In this document: positions 10,523 to 23,874 of the stretch, piece after piece
Position numbering within the stretch: the stretch's first letter is position 1
Layout: each line of letters opens with the position of its first letter
Source of the DNA: Setoptus koraiensis
Taxonomy: Eukaryota > Animalia > Arthropoda
Direction: 5' to 3'
Length of the DNA stretch: 64,000 nt
NCBI GenBank assembly: GCA_048013815.1
Contig: CM106585.1
Coordinates: 19,964,001 to 20,028,000 of the forward strand
Translations under genes and position numbers: made by a program
Notes under the pieces: model-generated
Database searches by the model: none
Told to the model about the DNA's origin: nothing
Seen by the model: only the letters and a program-made list of their open reading frames with translations

Positions 10523-13500
10523 GACGTCGAGCTACCATCAACGATTCTCAACTCTGATACTTTTTGTATGTGCAAAAAATGGCACGGGAGCTTGGGACAG
10601 GGAGCCTCCTTTATGGGTATGAGGGTTCCCTCGCCAGGGATCGCAATTTTAAGTGGATTGAATTTAGCGCGCAATGGTCCAGGCATCAGTTTTTTCCACC
10701 GTGGGTTCATCGATCAACAATCCAGATGGCGCCACAATCGCGAGATGAAGTGGGGCCCGCCTAACTATGGCGTCTCCTCTACCAATGCCCACGGGTTTTT
10801 GGGTGTTTGCCTCGAGTCTATCAATCGATATATCTCTCTCATCTAGACGTCGGCCAGTTACACATGTTGACATTGCCCAGACGCTGCTACGTGATCAGTG
10901 GAAAATTTGATCCATTTCCGCGATTATAGGATTTGATGCTTGGTTATGTGTCGTGTCCTATAATACATTCACAATTGTGCCATTGCAGTTGACATTGGCG
11001 ATCTGAAGATGTCGCTAGTGAACTCATCATTGTATTGACCGCGGCGAGACAGGAATATTGTTGCCGCTATGCGATCCTTCTTCGTGACAAACAAACAAAC
11101 AGCTAACGCCACCATAAATCAATGTGAGTGCTAATGGTGCAACAATGGTCCACTTGCAACAATTAAATGCATTTTGCATTTATTATCGCGACCACTCAAA
11201 TGGTCCCCGAACAGCCGAGCATCACGAACAGTTGTTAGTTGGTGCAAATTACGTCCAACAACCAGGCAATTAGTCAGTGTTTGTTTAATTATAACCCGGT
11301 ACCATGATCATAATTGCACACCCATGCGGTCATAAAAACCACCGCCAGTTCCCTAGTCGAAGTTCAGTGGTCATTGGGCTACTGTCATGACTACTGGACC
11401 ATCCGGCGAAAGTTGTTAGTTTGAGCACAATTTTCGCTCTCGCTCAAAGTCCGACCATTTTTGTCATTATTCAGATATACGCGCCACTAGCAATTATCGC
11501 TGCGACCATTCCACAAATACACAGAGGAAGCGAGAAATTCTAGCCGGCTAATAATCTTGGCAATATTGTCGCCATAAATCACTAAAAGTTTTGAATTCTT
11601 TGTGCGCCGCTGTCGCGTTCAACAATGACGCCAATTTACAGCAAATTTACAGCGAATTTACAGCAAATTTGTCTGGCATCACGCAATGAGGCTGGCGTAC
11701 AGTAGTAGTGAACACTGGTCCCATTCACTGGCACATACAGTAATATTTGGGTGAATAATCTTCAGTGAATCATCGGCAACGATCACTCGGCCAACGGCGA
11801 CCAACAACCAGATATATTTTCCGAGCTAATTCACAGTATTGCGAAGGGCAGCACGTGGCGCCCACTGCCAGTTACTTATCTCCATCTCCAAAGAGCGCCC
11901 ATGTCCAGCCAGTGAAGGAAGGCGTCACCGTCTCATGACATGTTGTTGTTGTTGTTGCTCAGTCAATCATTTTATTTGTTTGTAATTACACCATCTCGCT
12001 CTCAGCTGACAACTATGATGGCATACAACTGACCAATGGTCAGTCTACCTCTGATGTGTCTTTTTGTCTATGTGTCCCTTCGTTCTCTTGACGGGCGATA
12101 TTTGTAGAGGCATTGCGCGCCATGACACGCGCAAATCACAATTCCACCAATGAATCATAGGCGTCTTATTTGAGAAAAAATCTCTCTAACAGCTCGCTCT
12201 ACAAGGTCCCCGAAATAATATTTACAGATACGAGCAAACATTTCAGTGACTTCTTCCTCGATTGCGATTCGATCCGAAACGGACAGTCTAGACTGGACGC
12301 CGTGATGTATCACATAACATGTCATAATTAAAGGCCCCATAATCACTGGAGGCGGTAGAAACAAAACAATTGTCGTTGTTATGCCGCTCTGGCATTGCTC
12401 TACTTTTGAATTCAAACATTATCAACGTTGTCCACGTGTCCTTCCTGTGCCGTGGCGTTCACCGTCCGAACGCTGTTCTTCTTTGACACATTTTCATTGA
12501 AATGCTTTGCCTCGCAGTGGGCTTGATTATCATTCAGTTCGGCCAATCCAATAGTGACCGGTCGCTGAATTCAGCCACCAATACTCAACAACGATAAAAT
12601 CAACGGTACATAAAAACGGACGAGCACAACGGAAGGGCCAGCTGATGACCATCGACTATGGCCATAGTCACTGGTCATCCATGTACAGTGTAGTTGGGTG
12701 GTACGACCAACACTGGCCCGCTTTCGAGTAAAGCCATTGCTGGATGATGTATTTATTATTTGGCCACCACTAGCACCAGCTGATGATTGTTAACTGTGCC
12801 TGTTAGTGACAAATGAGTGGTCCCGTTCTCTTGTTTCGACATTATTGTTATTATAGTTGCTGTCGCTCCTCGTGCTTGCTGAAAAGAATGTCGATCGCAA
12901 CGGTATATATATATATTTTATCGGAACAGTTGCTGTTGTTGTCGCCGCCGCCAGTTGATGATATATCCAATTTCACTCATCGCTGGACATTGGTAATGCT
13001 AATCATGGTTTTGCCTTATTATTATTTTCATTAATGTGTTCCGTTTGGCTCGCAAACATGTGCTAGCTGTTGTTTGCTGCCGGAGTCCACATGTGGGGCA
13101 CGTTGGATTTAGAGAGTTCAACATTGTGCAACAACAAACATATTTTTTGTATTTGCGAGAGGTAAATGAACACCAACGAGCAAGTCTTCATTATTCTTGG
13201 TCGTTGCTCCTCCAGTAACTCCAAGGTTTATTTAATTTATGATTAACCTCTCTGTGTTTGGTTCACCTCTCAACAGACTAACGGTGCAGATTGCTAGTTG
13301 AGGCGATGACAGGCCTGCTGGCACATCAGCGCTAAAACATATCACAAGTCTCAATCGGCTGGCCAATCTCGGAATCAATCAATAGGTGCTAATCTCTTCT
13401 GGACTACACAGGACTGGTCCCTAATATCCACCATTTCTGTATTTCTCGTATCTTGGCCGGGCGCCATATCATCGCCACCATTATATGTTCTGTGTGACCA

Positions 13501-16500
13501 TCTTGCTCTCATATAACGTTAATGTGTTCTCTTCGGCCGAAAATTTCTCATTGATGTTTACACAAAATTATCTTGTAGTAGAGAATAAACGACACGACCA
13601 TTCGAGATTATCATTTCAAGATTTGTTTATGATGGAGCCATGTTTGTGTTTTAGGCCCGAGCTGACTGTGCCAGAAGTGCATAAATTCAGAGAGAGCTGA
13701 CAAGTTCTGGCGACCAGAGGCCAATGTTCATAACATGTTTCTAATAAAATCCAACTAGCCAGTGTTTATCACGCGATCACACGAAATGCTCAATTTTATT
13801 ATTATTATTACGTAGTGTTTATATAATAATATGACGTAATAATAATAATAACAATTTCGTTGGTAGTTGTCTTGTCGTATACAGATCGAATATAGGACGG
13901 CTCGTCGAATGGTAGCCATAATGGTCATCAGCTGGCGGCAATTTTGAAGTTTTGGCGCGCCCGGCGCGATCCGCAAAAACTGGCCAGGATCACAACTAAA
14001 GTTGGCAGTCACTTTTCGGTGCCCACTCGCTCAAGTGGACGACCGACCACTTCACCATCTCGATCGGAATCGATTCTCCTCAACACGTACACAGTGAAAG
14101 AGAATCGTCATATTCGTATTTCTTTTTCCGATTGGAGGCACATCTGGAAAGAAAAGGTGGTCAGTTCGAGGAAAGAAAAAACTAATTGAACAATCAAATG
14201 GCTCGGAAGAGAACATGTTTGTTTGCTGCTCGACACTCAACTGCGGGCGAATTGAGAAATTTTCGCCAAAGATAGTCGTTGCTGTAAATGGACAGTGAGA
14301 TGGCGAAAATCAGCAAATAAATAAGAATATAATTATATAAGTTTGTCACTATGCACGATGTAAGAACTGTTCTGGAGCAATTACGAAAACTCGGCACAAT
14401 GTGTCCACTTGTGTTCACCACCATGTACTGTCGGATATGTTGTTGTTGTATGGGCCGCTGTGATTATGTGTCGGCAACAATGAAAGCAATCAATTTAGTT
14501 AGAAAAGCATCATAATGACACAACGAGAGACTAAACTGGCTTGCAGCAGCAGCATTTACAACGACAACAAAGAGCACGCGACTGTTTTTGTTTCTTATCG
14601 AGGTGCCCAGATTAACGCTCAATTTATTCGGTCCTATCAACGCGCGAAAAGATCCCATGTTTGAGCCCAGTAAGACGCATGATCGTGTGCCTTTGGCCTG
14701 TGTCCCTCTTCTCCGATGGCCGAGTGTTTGTGTCTGGGCAATGATGGATCAGCGAGGCTCCAACGAAAAAATGATAATATTTCCACTTATACATTACTCA
14801 GTTTGCGCAATGGTGAATGATAACATTCATCATCGGTGGGGAGAAATCACGGTGCTAGTGATTAGATTCGTAGGCAATATATTGGTCGTCACTATTAATC
14901 GGATAAATCTCTTGTTTTGCTGTTGTGTTAGCCCATAGCGACTTATCAATCACACACACACACACACACACACTGAATCCTGTCGCGAACATGGTGACGC
15001 AACAAGCATTACCCCTACTAGCAGTAGATTGGATCAGATTGGATAATAGTGCTAGCACACCGACTGACCAATGGTCACTGCGACTGTATATCAGCTGCCA
15101 TTCTTGCAGTTGCCATTGTTGATAGAATGGCGCCAGTAAATGTACACTACTGGATTGCTTATTGTCACTTTTAGGGGGAGTACTGGTCACTTTCCGTGTG
15201 TCTATTCCGTGCAGTGGTGTTCGCCGATTTGGGACAACGGAATCAATTTGATCATCATAATGTATGCCGATTGTCACACATGCTGGCCATTGTGCTGTTT
15301 GCTGTCGCTCCAAAAAGTTCATTTCCCTCTCCTGTTTCCTATCCATTTATTCGATCCTTGTTAGCAACGGAAAATCTGAGTTGACACTGCTCTCTGCTGG
15401 TACTATCACCCGCTGACCACTCTCCCCCGCATTTTATGTTTGCGCGCGCTGATTTTGCCATCGGTTCTTGTTTGCCGTAATCCTATGTATTAATGCAAAA
15501 GTAATAAGATATATACCAATAGTATACCAATAGTATTGCGCCATTCTGGCCGTGTCCACTATGACTGCAAACATCGAACGTTCATGACGCATACACACTC
15601 ACATCGGAGGGTTAAGTTGGAGAAATTACACCCCCGCGAAATTGTGATTACCCGAGAGCCATGACTTTGATTTTGCTTTTGTTGATTATTCACTCCATTC
15701 CATGGTGTTCCAGGTCTTTGGTTTTGCTTATTCGCTTTTGCTTGACAATAAATCCAGAAACGGGGGTACAATAGGGCCAAATTGGGTAGAGTAATAGACG
15801 CGGCTGGCGCTGTGAAATATAAAAGAGTGAGTTGTTGGCGAACACGAACAAAAGCATTAGAACACATAAAAATGATTACGATGTGTGATGCAACTTGATC
15901 ATTACCAGCCAGTGATTTGATTCTTTGTTTGTCGGCCGTTACTAACCAGCAGAGATGAAAGAAATAAATTTCCTTCCCTGACTCCCCCACATTGCCCGCC
16001 GACCATTCAAGGCCAATGAACCTAGATGATAACTATTATAATAGGCGCGTGACCATATTGACCAACGGTCAGTTTGCTGGTGCCCCGTTGCTGTTACTGC
16101 CGATCAACGGATATTTTGTGTTGTGTCGTTTTGTTTCCCTTGCCTGAATGATGATTGAGCATTGTCTTGAGTTTGTCACCGAAGCAATAACCATGGACAC
16201 ATTTTGGCGATATCCATCTTTCGTTTGTGTGGCTATTCTCCAGGAACAAAATTGCTTGCTGGATCAGCTTCTACTGGTGTCCACCAGTTATGGCCAATAT
16301 TATATCGGCGATATAGGTACATATGCTGGTCCATCTATTTTGTTGTTGCTGTTGCTACTAAGTTTAGTTTTCACTCTCTCATCATAGTTGCGCCAAAAGC
16401 GATTTCTGTTCTGAAGCACATCCACTCGAACAAACAATATTCTCAATTTATTCTGCAATCTTCTTTTTATGCAATAGTCCCCAGTTTCGTAATAATTCGC

Positions 16501-19500
16501 TAATGATTCCGAGCCATTCAAGCTTACGTCACAATCTAACTCAAGCGGCAGTAACATGTGTGACTATTGGCGCAAACAAAATCACGAGCTATAAGATGAG
16601 CGTAACAAATTGGCAGAGCGAATGGTTTCTAAAAGGTCTCAGAGAAAAGCGGGGGCGACCGTGGCGCCAATAGTCTCCAATTGTGTTCCTATCCGTATTG
16701 TAGTGGTGAAATTCTTCGGATCTGCCAACAAATACTTTCGACGTTTGCCCTGCCTGCAATAGTTACAGCTTCGTCTCATAATATGAGACTCCTATGGCCG
16801 TTGCGCAATAACAAGATTGATATTCACATTATTGATTTTTCTGTGTGGGCAAATCATTATTAGCGAGCTTCAGAGCAGCTATGCAGAGCAGTTGATTTTG
16901 GTTTCACAGTTTTGTTAGTTAGTGTATCTGACATTGTGATGAATTACTTTTCGCCAATAGAGGTGACGGATAAACTGACCAATGACTTGTCTGTAATGCC
17001 GAATCGGCGCTTCTATTCCGATGCAAACTGTAGAGATTCCGAATAATTCAACAAGGCCCAGTTGAACTATGGCACAATAAGCGTATTCGTTCAAGTGCCG
17101 GATCTTTCCAGAGGTGGGATAATCTCATCACAGTTGGAGCCAGATGATTGGAGGCCCCAAGAGCAGTGGCTTGGCAGGTTTGGAGAGCGCGCGATTTGAA
17201 ATGGTCAAAATGGCCGCATTATGGTTGGGCGTAAAAGTTTGCTGATTGAGGATATTGATTCGATCATATTAATATGCTTGTCTTTTGTTAGACATTGACC
17301 ATCGAAAAATGAATTGATTCCGCAAGCCACCATCACAGAATCGGTGGCTGCATCAATGTCGAACGGCGTAATGACTGGCCCAGGCCCCTATAATCGGATG
17401 CTTCATAGTAGAGGATTGATCTTGTGGGGCCACGCGAACTGTTCGCCTCGCCTACGTGCTACACCGGCTAATGTGTTAACCATTTATACTATACGCCACT
17501 ATACACAGTAATAGTTGGTGCAGCCGAGACTGGATGAATTGGATGGATTATTTAGAGCATACACGTGCGCTTGGTGGTCACAACAAATGCTTGGATGTTC
17601 TAGAATTTCATTACTGTCAGCTCAAGCTAAACTGGCGAGTTCTTTGCTGGACGATGGCCGCTGAGCGACAGCAGCGGCCCGCAGCCCGCAAAAAAGCGTT
17701 ATCTGAGAGGCAATTCTAAAGGAGGAAGCAGCCAAAAGCGTTGCAACACTTGGGTGGCATATATGGGTGCTATGCAATCCATATAGGACAGTCGATACGC
17801 TGGTGACGGCTCCGTCATTGCCCACACCGAAATGTGTGGTGGGCTGCAGTTTTTTTCTCGTTTTGATCTTTCTGATTTTAAAAAAATGCAACTCTGTTTA
17901 TAGGTTTAAAATAAACTGCTCGCAACTCGATTTATACCGTGCGTGCGTGTGTGTGAGGATTTTTTAAGAAACTACATTCGGTTACAAGCAACGCGCGCAT
18001 CCACGTTACGTAACTCACTTGACGGCGGCTCACATTGTACGCTAACGGGCCTATATAACGGGTCCTCTTGCAGCGTGCTGACAGTGCTGCTTGCTTGTGA
18101 TTGCTGCTTGACTTGTTATGTAACTTGCAACTAACAAGCGAGAAATGTTTTCCAAGAAACTCGCTGGTGTTTATTTCTTGCTAGAAACAAACTAGTGCCA
18201 CGCCCTGCTGGCTTGCGACGGACTCCAGGCTTACATTACGTAATCAAGTATACATATAGCGAGTCGTGTGTCGATGGCAGCATCTCTTTGTGTGTTGAAT
18301 GTGGACGCAAGCTCAAACGCGCTTCGATAAGCTAGCTCTGAGAAGGATTTTGTTGCAAGTTGCACTGGTGATAGGTTGCCATAGTGGATGTCGTCGCCTG
18401 GTACCCCAACGGATGGGTCAAGCGAAGGCGTGGCCGGGGTACTATGACTCAATCGGTGTGATGACATTGGTGTCGGACACAACAACACTCCGTCCGTGCT
18501 GGCGATGTGCACGGCTAAGGCTGCCAGCGTTCGAATGGCTCGGAATGGGGCCCAACAGGGTTGTGTGGTGCGAATTGAGTTTTGTTGCATTTTGTTGGCG
18601 ATCAAATATTGTTGCTGAAATCTCTATGCTCCGAGTGTGCCTTGTCTCACGCACAACACCTATCAATTTTTGGCTAATAGTGACGACCAGACTGATACTT
18701 TGCTAGTTTTGACGCGCTTGCATCAGAGTGGAGCCGTTGCGTCAAAATTTTGCTGTTTATGTCTCTATGATGTGAGCAGACCCACCTACAATTGGCACCT
18801 CTGTTGTTGTTTTCGGCGATGTGTTTTGGCATGGCCCACCATGCGCTGCCCGTTATCCGGTTATTTTATGGACCATTGTTTTTGTTGTTGCCGTTGTTGA
18901 TTGACGCCGCACAAACCAGGTGATTCGCAAACTAATAAATGTCTTGTGTTTTATCTCGCAAAGAACAATGCAAAATTTTGGCCGCGCTGGCGGCATTACG
19001 AATGGGCAGCAGCTGGACAGCGTGGACGATCGGTATATGCGCTATATATTTGCCGATAGGTAGTATATTTGCGATTGTAGCCCGAGTATGTTGTTGCCGG
19101 TGAAAGCCGATTCCTCCTGATCATAGTCAATTAATGAATTCATTACAGCCAGAGACGAGAGTTTCGTCCGCATTCGCGATGAGGTACGGGTAAGTCACGA
19201 CCGGCATGATGGTGCAATCTTGCTCGCCAGTCCGCTGGGCAACTCTCGCTAATGATAACGGTCCGATTGGAATGAACAATTTGCTAATAGCAGCAGCAGC
19301 AGCGGCGGCGGCATTGGTGGCAACAGTAGTTGCTGTAGAAGCGCTTGCTTCACCATCAACAACAATGGTGGTGGCAGCACTGCTCTGGCACGATCAAAGT
19401 GGTCCCACTACTTTGGCCACTGCCGCCGACCAGCAATGACCAGCTCTGACCAGCACTGACCGGCACTGACCAGCACAAACGGGACTAACGGTGCACACCA

Positions 19501-21829
19501 GCAAACTTGCTCCGTTCCATCCTGTTCGCTCCATCTCCGGTGGCGGCATGGTGCCCGAGCCAATCCTATCATCTTATGATGACCAAACAGCGGCGCTGGC
19601 TCCCAGTGGCCACAACTGAACACAAATCGACAACATACGCAACTAGCGCAATATATGCGCAACCTCATCCGTCGGAATAAATGAATGACCAGTGGTCATT
19701 GTTGTCACTGAAAGTCTCTTTCGCTCTCTCTCTCTCTCTCTCTCTCGCTCTCCGTGTCGCTCTCTCGCCGTGGCTCTTCCGAACCATTTGCCACCGCTGT
19801 TGCGCGCACAATCATGATCGGAACACACACACACACGCCAGCAGCGCAAACAGCCCCACATGCAAACGAACCTGAAAGGTGGCCCCAATCCGCCCACGCG
19901 TTTGTTCGTGTATTCGAGACAACTATCGCAACGATGCCGATAACTTGCGTTGTCGTTGCTGCAGAAGCAATGTGCGCTGCTGCCATTAATGTTGCTGCAT
20001 TCGTTAGCGAGTCGCCATTGTGGCCGTCATTGTTCGCGTCGGCCGACCAAAAACCGGAAACAAGCGGCCGATAGCGCGCGCGCGCGCGGGCTACCAGCTA
20101 GTGTTTTGTCGCGTGTCAACCCCCATCGATTGTTTATCTGTCATCGACAATCCATTTCTCTATGATCATCACTATGTGTCATGTCCACCACGGGCCGCAC
20201 CGTGCTGGTCATTGTCCAGTCCAGTGACGACTGACCACTCGCAGCAGCGACCGTTGCTCATCTATCGACAAAGCAAACATTAGGGCGTAAAGTGGTAGTA
20301 GGTGCCCCCGCTGTCCTGTCTGCCTGTCCCCGCTCTTGGCTCCCCAGTCCAGTGTTTACGCCGCATTATTGATTCCAAGTTCCAAACACCCTTACACAAA
20401 ATGGGGCCCCTTGTCAGTGCGCATGCTCCCGCTGGACGAGGGTGGGGGCAAGCACTGAGTTGCATTGTAGAGGGGAGGTCAAGTAAAAGTTGCGCATATC
20501 TACAGCAGCTCATTAATGCCTCTCGTTTTTGCTCTAGTTACACTCGCAACACCAATACAACTCTCGTCCATCGCTGATGGCGGTCACTTCGCCAGCTTCA
20601 TTACATAACACAGGAATATCCAGAGCTCCAGAGGGCTGGTGCTTTATGGTTTATAAGTAAACACACACACACACACATACGCACACACACACCACCGTCC
20701 AGTGAAACAGTTAAACGAAGTAGAGCGGCAATGCGCTGCTTGCCTCGCTCCGTTGAAGCTGTTATAGACCGATTTGACCTATAACGGGCCCCTTCCAGCC
20801 AACATCACAGCCGAGAGCATAGTTGCACAACTTTATCCAATTCGATTCATTCGGATATCACCACCAGCAACATCAGATATGTAGTCCGTCACTCAGTTTT
20901 GGTTGGGCCCTTTCGACATCCTGTTATGTAAGTCGAAATGGCCCGACCGCGGCAAGCCATTGCCGGCGGTGAATGTTGTCGATATCGCCCACGACACTAC
21001 GCAAAACAACAGATGAAAAGAAATATTCTATAACGATCAACAGTCTCACGAACCACATATCCCGAGATACCCCAGTATGAGTGTATAAGTTCTAGTCAGC
21101 AGGACATTATGCATCGCAAGCCATATCAGCATCACTCAAATGCACATGTACTGATTGGTTCGCCTGGCAGCAATCCTAGCGATTCAAGCAAACATTATCC
21201 AACTTGAAAAAAACCAATCATCCAGTACATTCAACTATCTGAAACTTTCTACCACCAATTGCTGTCACGACCAATTGAGCTGAAATCTGTCAAGATTGAC
21301 GCTCCGAAAATGTGCCCAAAACAGTACATACGGAACTGATCAATTAGTCATCAGAAACAATTATCATTGGTACCATTGAGCAAAAATCAAAAATAGCATC
21401 AAGTGTGTCCATATTATGCGAAAGGAAAGATGTGCCGGTTGGGGTCAGCCAGAAAGTCAGTTGAAACATGTTTAGAGAATCAGATAGAAGTCCATCGCTT
21501 TTGTGTTGGAGTTCAAGAAACTCAAACTCATCTGACTAATCGACGACCAATAACTTTATAACATTTTGAAATCCATATGTGTGACCGCTTGTGCATGTTC
21601 ATCGAATCAAAACCAATCAAGTGTAATGTATTCAATCAAACCATAATCAAACAATCAATAAAGATGACTTGTTAGCAATAGTAAGCTTGTACACACACAC
21701 ACCAAAAAATGACAATATAGGCGAACGCTGGCCCGTCGCACATTCCGAGCGCCTCATTCCGCCATCTTGGTAGGAAGGTCATAGCCTTTTGCGAGATCAA
21801 TATAGGGCTAAAAATTATCGTGTTTTCTC

Positions 21830-23608
21830 TCAATTCTGCTTCTCTTTTATTGTGGCTTTTGATTGTCTCCGATACAAGAAGAAGGCCTTGATTAGACGAA
21901 GAATTGAAATTCCTATTGGAAATGACAATGGCATGAAGAGTGGAAAGTATATTGCATATTTTTGATCATGTGGAAAGTATAACAACTCAAGTAATGATGG
22001 ATCAAAGAATGCAGATTCTGACAATTCGTAGGCCTTGCTACTCAAACGATAAGCGTCAACAATATTTCCCGATTCAATGGACGCTAAGGATTGCAAACTG
22101 AGCTTCGAAGCTTGTGTCATTTTGTTGGCAACATCTCTCTCAATCACTATGTTAGACACCTTGTCAACCAGATCCTTTATGGATTCAAGTGACTTGCATG
22201 TCTTACTCAATTTTGCCATTGTCATTACAGCCAAAAGCGAATCTATTTCCCATTTTGTGAAGAAGACGTCCTTCTTAAAACATTGGCTATGAATGTTAGT
22301 CCAAGAAAATCCTAATAGGTGTCTGTAGAGAGTACGCAGGCCAAGAACTAAATTTTTGTCATTGTTCCATATGAGCATTGAGTTGGAATCTGAGCTAACC
22401 AAAAGACTTTGCTTGTTAATATGGGCTTCATCAAATGTTTTTGATGTCTGGTGAAACAAGATCTCCGGTCGTCCCAAACTAGGTAAGAGTAATAACAGGT
22501 GGTAGATGTGTTTCTCCTGATGTTCACTTATTCTTGAACGGACGGAGTTTATAAATTGGCGATACTTTCTGATATCGAACAAACGATAGTCTGGCGTTGT
22601 CTGATTTTTAGTCTGCTTCACTATGGCCTGATCGAGTATTTTTTTATCAAATGAATTGAAAACTAATTGAGATTTCACCTTGATATTGACCAATTCAGTC
22701 AATTCCGGATAGGTTTCCCGCACATTCTTCTTGATTAGAGAATGAACCCGCTCAGCTTTTGAGCTAAGTACGTCGAGATCTCTGAACTCATCGTCATTTT
22801 CAGCTATCATATTGACAACTAGATCCAGTTCTGAACTGAGTAAATGATTGATTTGCTTGATGTCAATCGAGTTGAGATATGTCTCACGAACTGCATCCAT
22901 GATTAGTCTAGACGATGTCTGAGGTCGGTCTTTTTCTGGCAATATGGTGCTAGGACAAACAAACACAAAACGTTCAAGTCCTAATGTGAATGAATGGGCT
23001 TTCTGGCAATAGTTGTCATAGTGTTGCTCATCGATAAGATAAACCCACAATCTGAATCTGTTATTTTCCGCGTGTACAGCTGATAATTTTTTCTCCATGT
23101 TCCTGAGATATTCACCATTTTTTACATTGTTTTCTCGATGCGCCTCCGAGAAAATCTGAAGCTCCTCGGCCAAAGGTCTTCTGACTCTCCAATGGAAGTC
23201 ATAATGTAAGTTATTGACGGATAATTCGCTACTTGGCAGCAACTCTCTTAACGATCTGGCAAACTCCTCACTTGGCTGTTTCTCTTGTGACCTCTCCAAC
23301 AACACGATAGATATGTCTAGTTTCAACCTCGATCCATTGTTGTTGCTAACTAATGATTTGATATCGGGGAGTGGATGCCTTGCAACGGAACAAGTCCAAA
23401 ACCAAACAGGGACTCCAATGCCGAATATAACTATCAAGTAGAATACTGAAGACAACAAGCTTGGAGGGTGCAAATAATCCTCTTCACGTTTACCACCGGT
23501 CGCCTTGCTGGCTCCAGCGTGTGAGGAATTGTCATCGGATGTGCTGAGTCCGACAAGCCTAGTCAGGAGGCGGGGAATAAATAGAATCTTGTTAGTTACG
23601 GTCGTCAT
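21830..23608 (-). CDS. PIGS: GPI transamidase component PIG-S
   Basis: 592-aa intronless ORF. N-terminal TM ...GIGVPVWFWTCSVARHPLP. C-terminal signature FFDPSLLELLYFPHDQKYAIYFPLFMP + TM. KxKxx-type end (KEKQN). Confidence 0.92.
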   Translation of the reverse strand: MTTVTNKILFIPRLLTRLVGLSTSDDNSSHAGASKATGGKREEDYLHPPSLLSSVFYLIVIFGIGVPVWFWTCSVARHPLPDIKSLVSNNNGSRLKLDISIVLLERSQEKQPSEEFARSLRELLPSSELSVNNLHYDFHWRVRRPLAEELQIFSEAHRENNVKNGEYLRNMEKKLSAVHAENNRFRLWVYLIDEQHYDNYCQKAHSFTLGLERFVFVCPSTILPEKDRPQTSSRLIMDAVRETYLNSIDIKQINHLLSSELDLVVNMIAENDDEFRDLDVLSSKAERVHSLIKKNVRETYPELTELVNIKVKSQLVFNSFDKKILDQAIVKQTKNQTTPDYRLFDIRKYRQFINSVRSRISEHQEKHIYHLLLLLPSLGRPEILFHQTSKTFDEAHINKQSLLVSSDSNSMLIWNNDKNLVLGLRTLYRHLLGFSWTNIHSQCFKKDVFFTKWEIDSLLAVMTMAKLSKTCKSLESIKDLVDKVSNIVIERDVANKMTQASKLSLQSLASIESGNIVDAYRLSSKAYELSESAFFDPSLLELLYFPHDQKYAIYFPLFMPLSFPIGISILRLIKAFFLYRRQSKATIKEKQN

Positions 23609-23874
23609 GATGGATCTAAAGTTATTTCAAACAATAAATATTACACTGGTGGTCGAGGATAAAAACATGAACACAGCTAAATGTCAAAAACTAACCCTGA
23701 AAGTGAAAGGGATGAATAGCGCGAAACTCAAACCGGCATCGGCTTTTTGTCGCCGTATCGGTTTGAGGGGTACCGAACTAAATGAATTCCCATAGTAAAA
23801 AATGGGATCAAGATTGTTTAGAAAAACTTCGAAACAAATGGAATTTGAAGCTGCTACTATGTACTTTATTAAAT

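Noticed and set aside
10555-10557. In-frame TGA as selenocysteine or programmed read-through
   Set aside because: No redox-type context, no SECIS-like hairpin identified, and the following bases (TAC) are not the typical CTA read-through context.
12045-12051. let-7 seed match CTACCTC downstream of Blimp-1
   Set aside because: 2.6 kb past the stop and beyond the nearer AATAAA. A single 7-mer is expected by chance.
16204-16557. Hydrophobic ORF resembling a gustatory-receptor N-terminus, and an overlapping minus-strand ORF
   Set aside because: Short, no continuation or splice partner found, and no diagnostic C-terminal GR motif.
21406-21560. CPYYAKGKMCRLG resembling a CCCH zinc finger
   Set aside because: Third Cys and the His are missing, and a stop codon lies immediately upstream.
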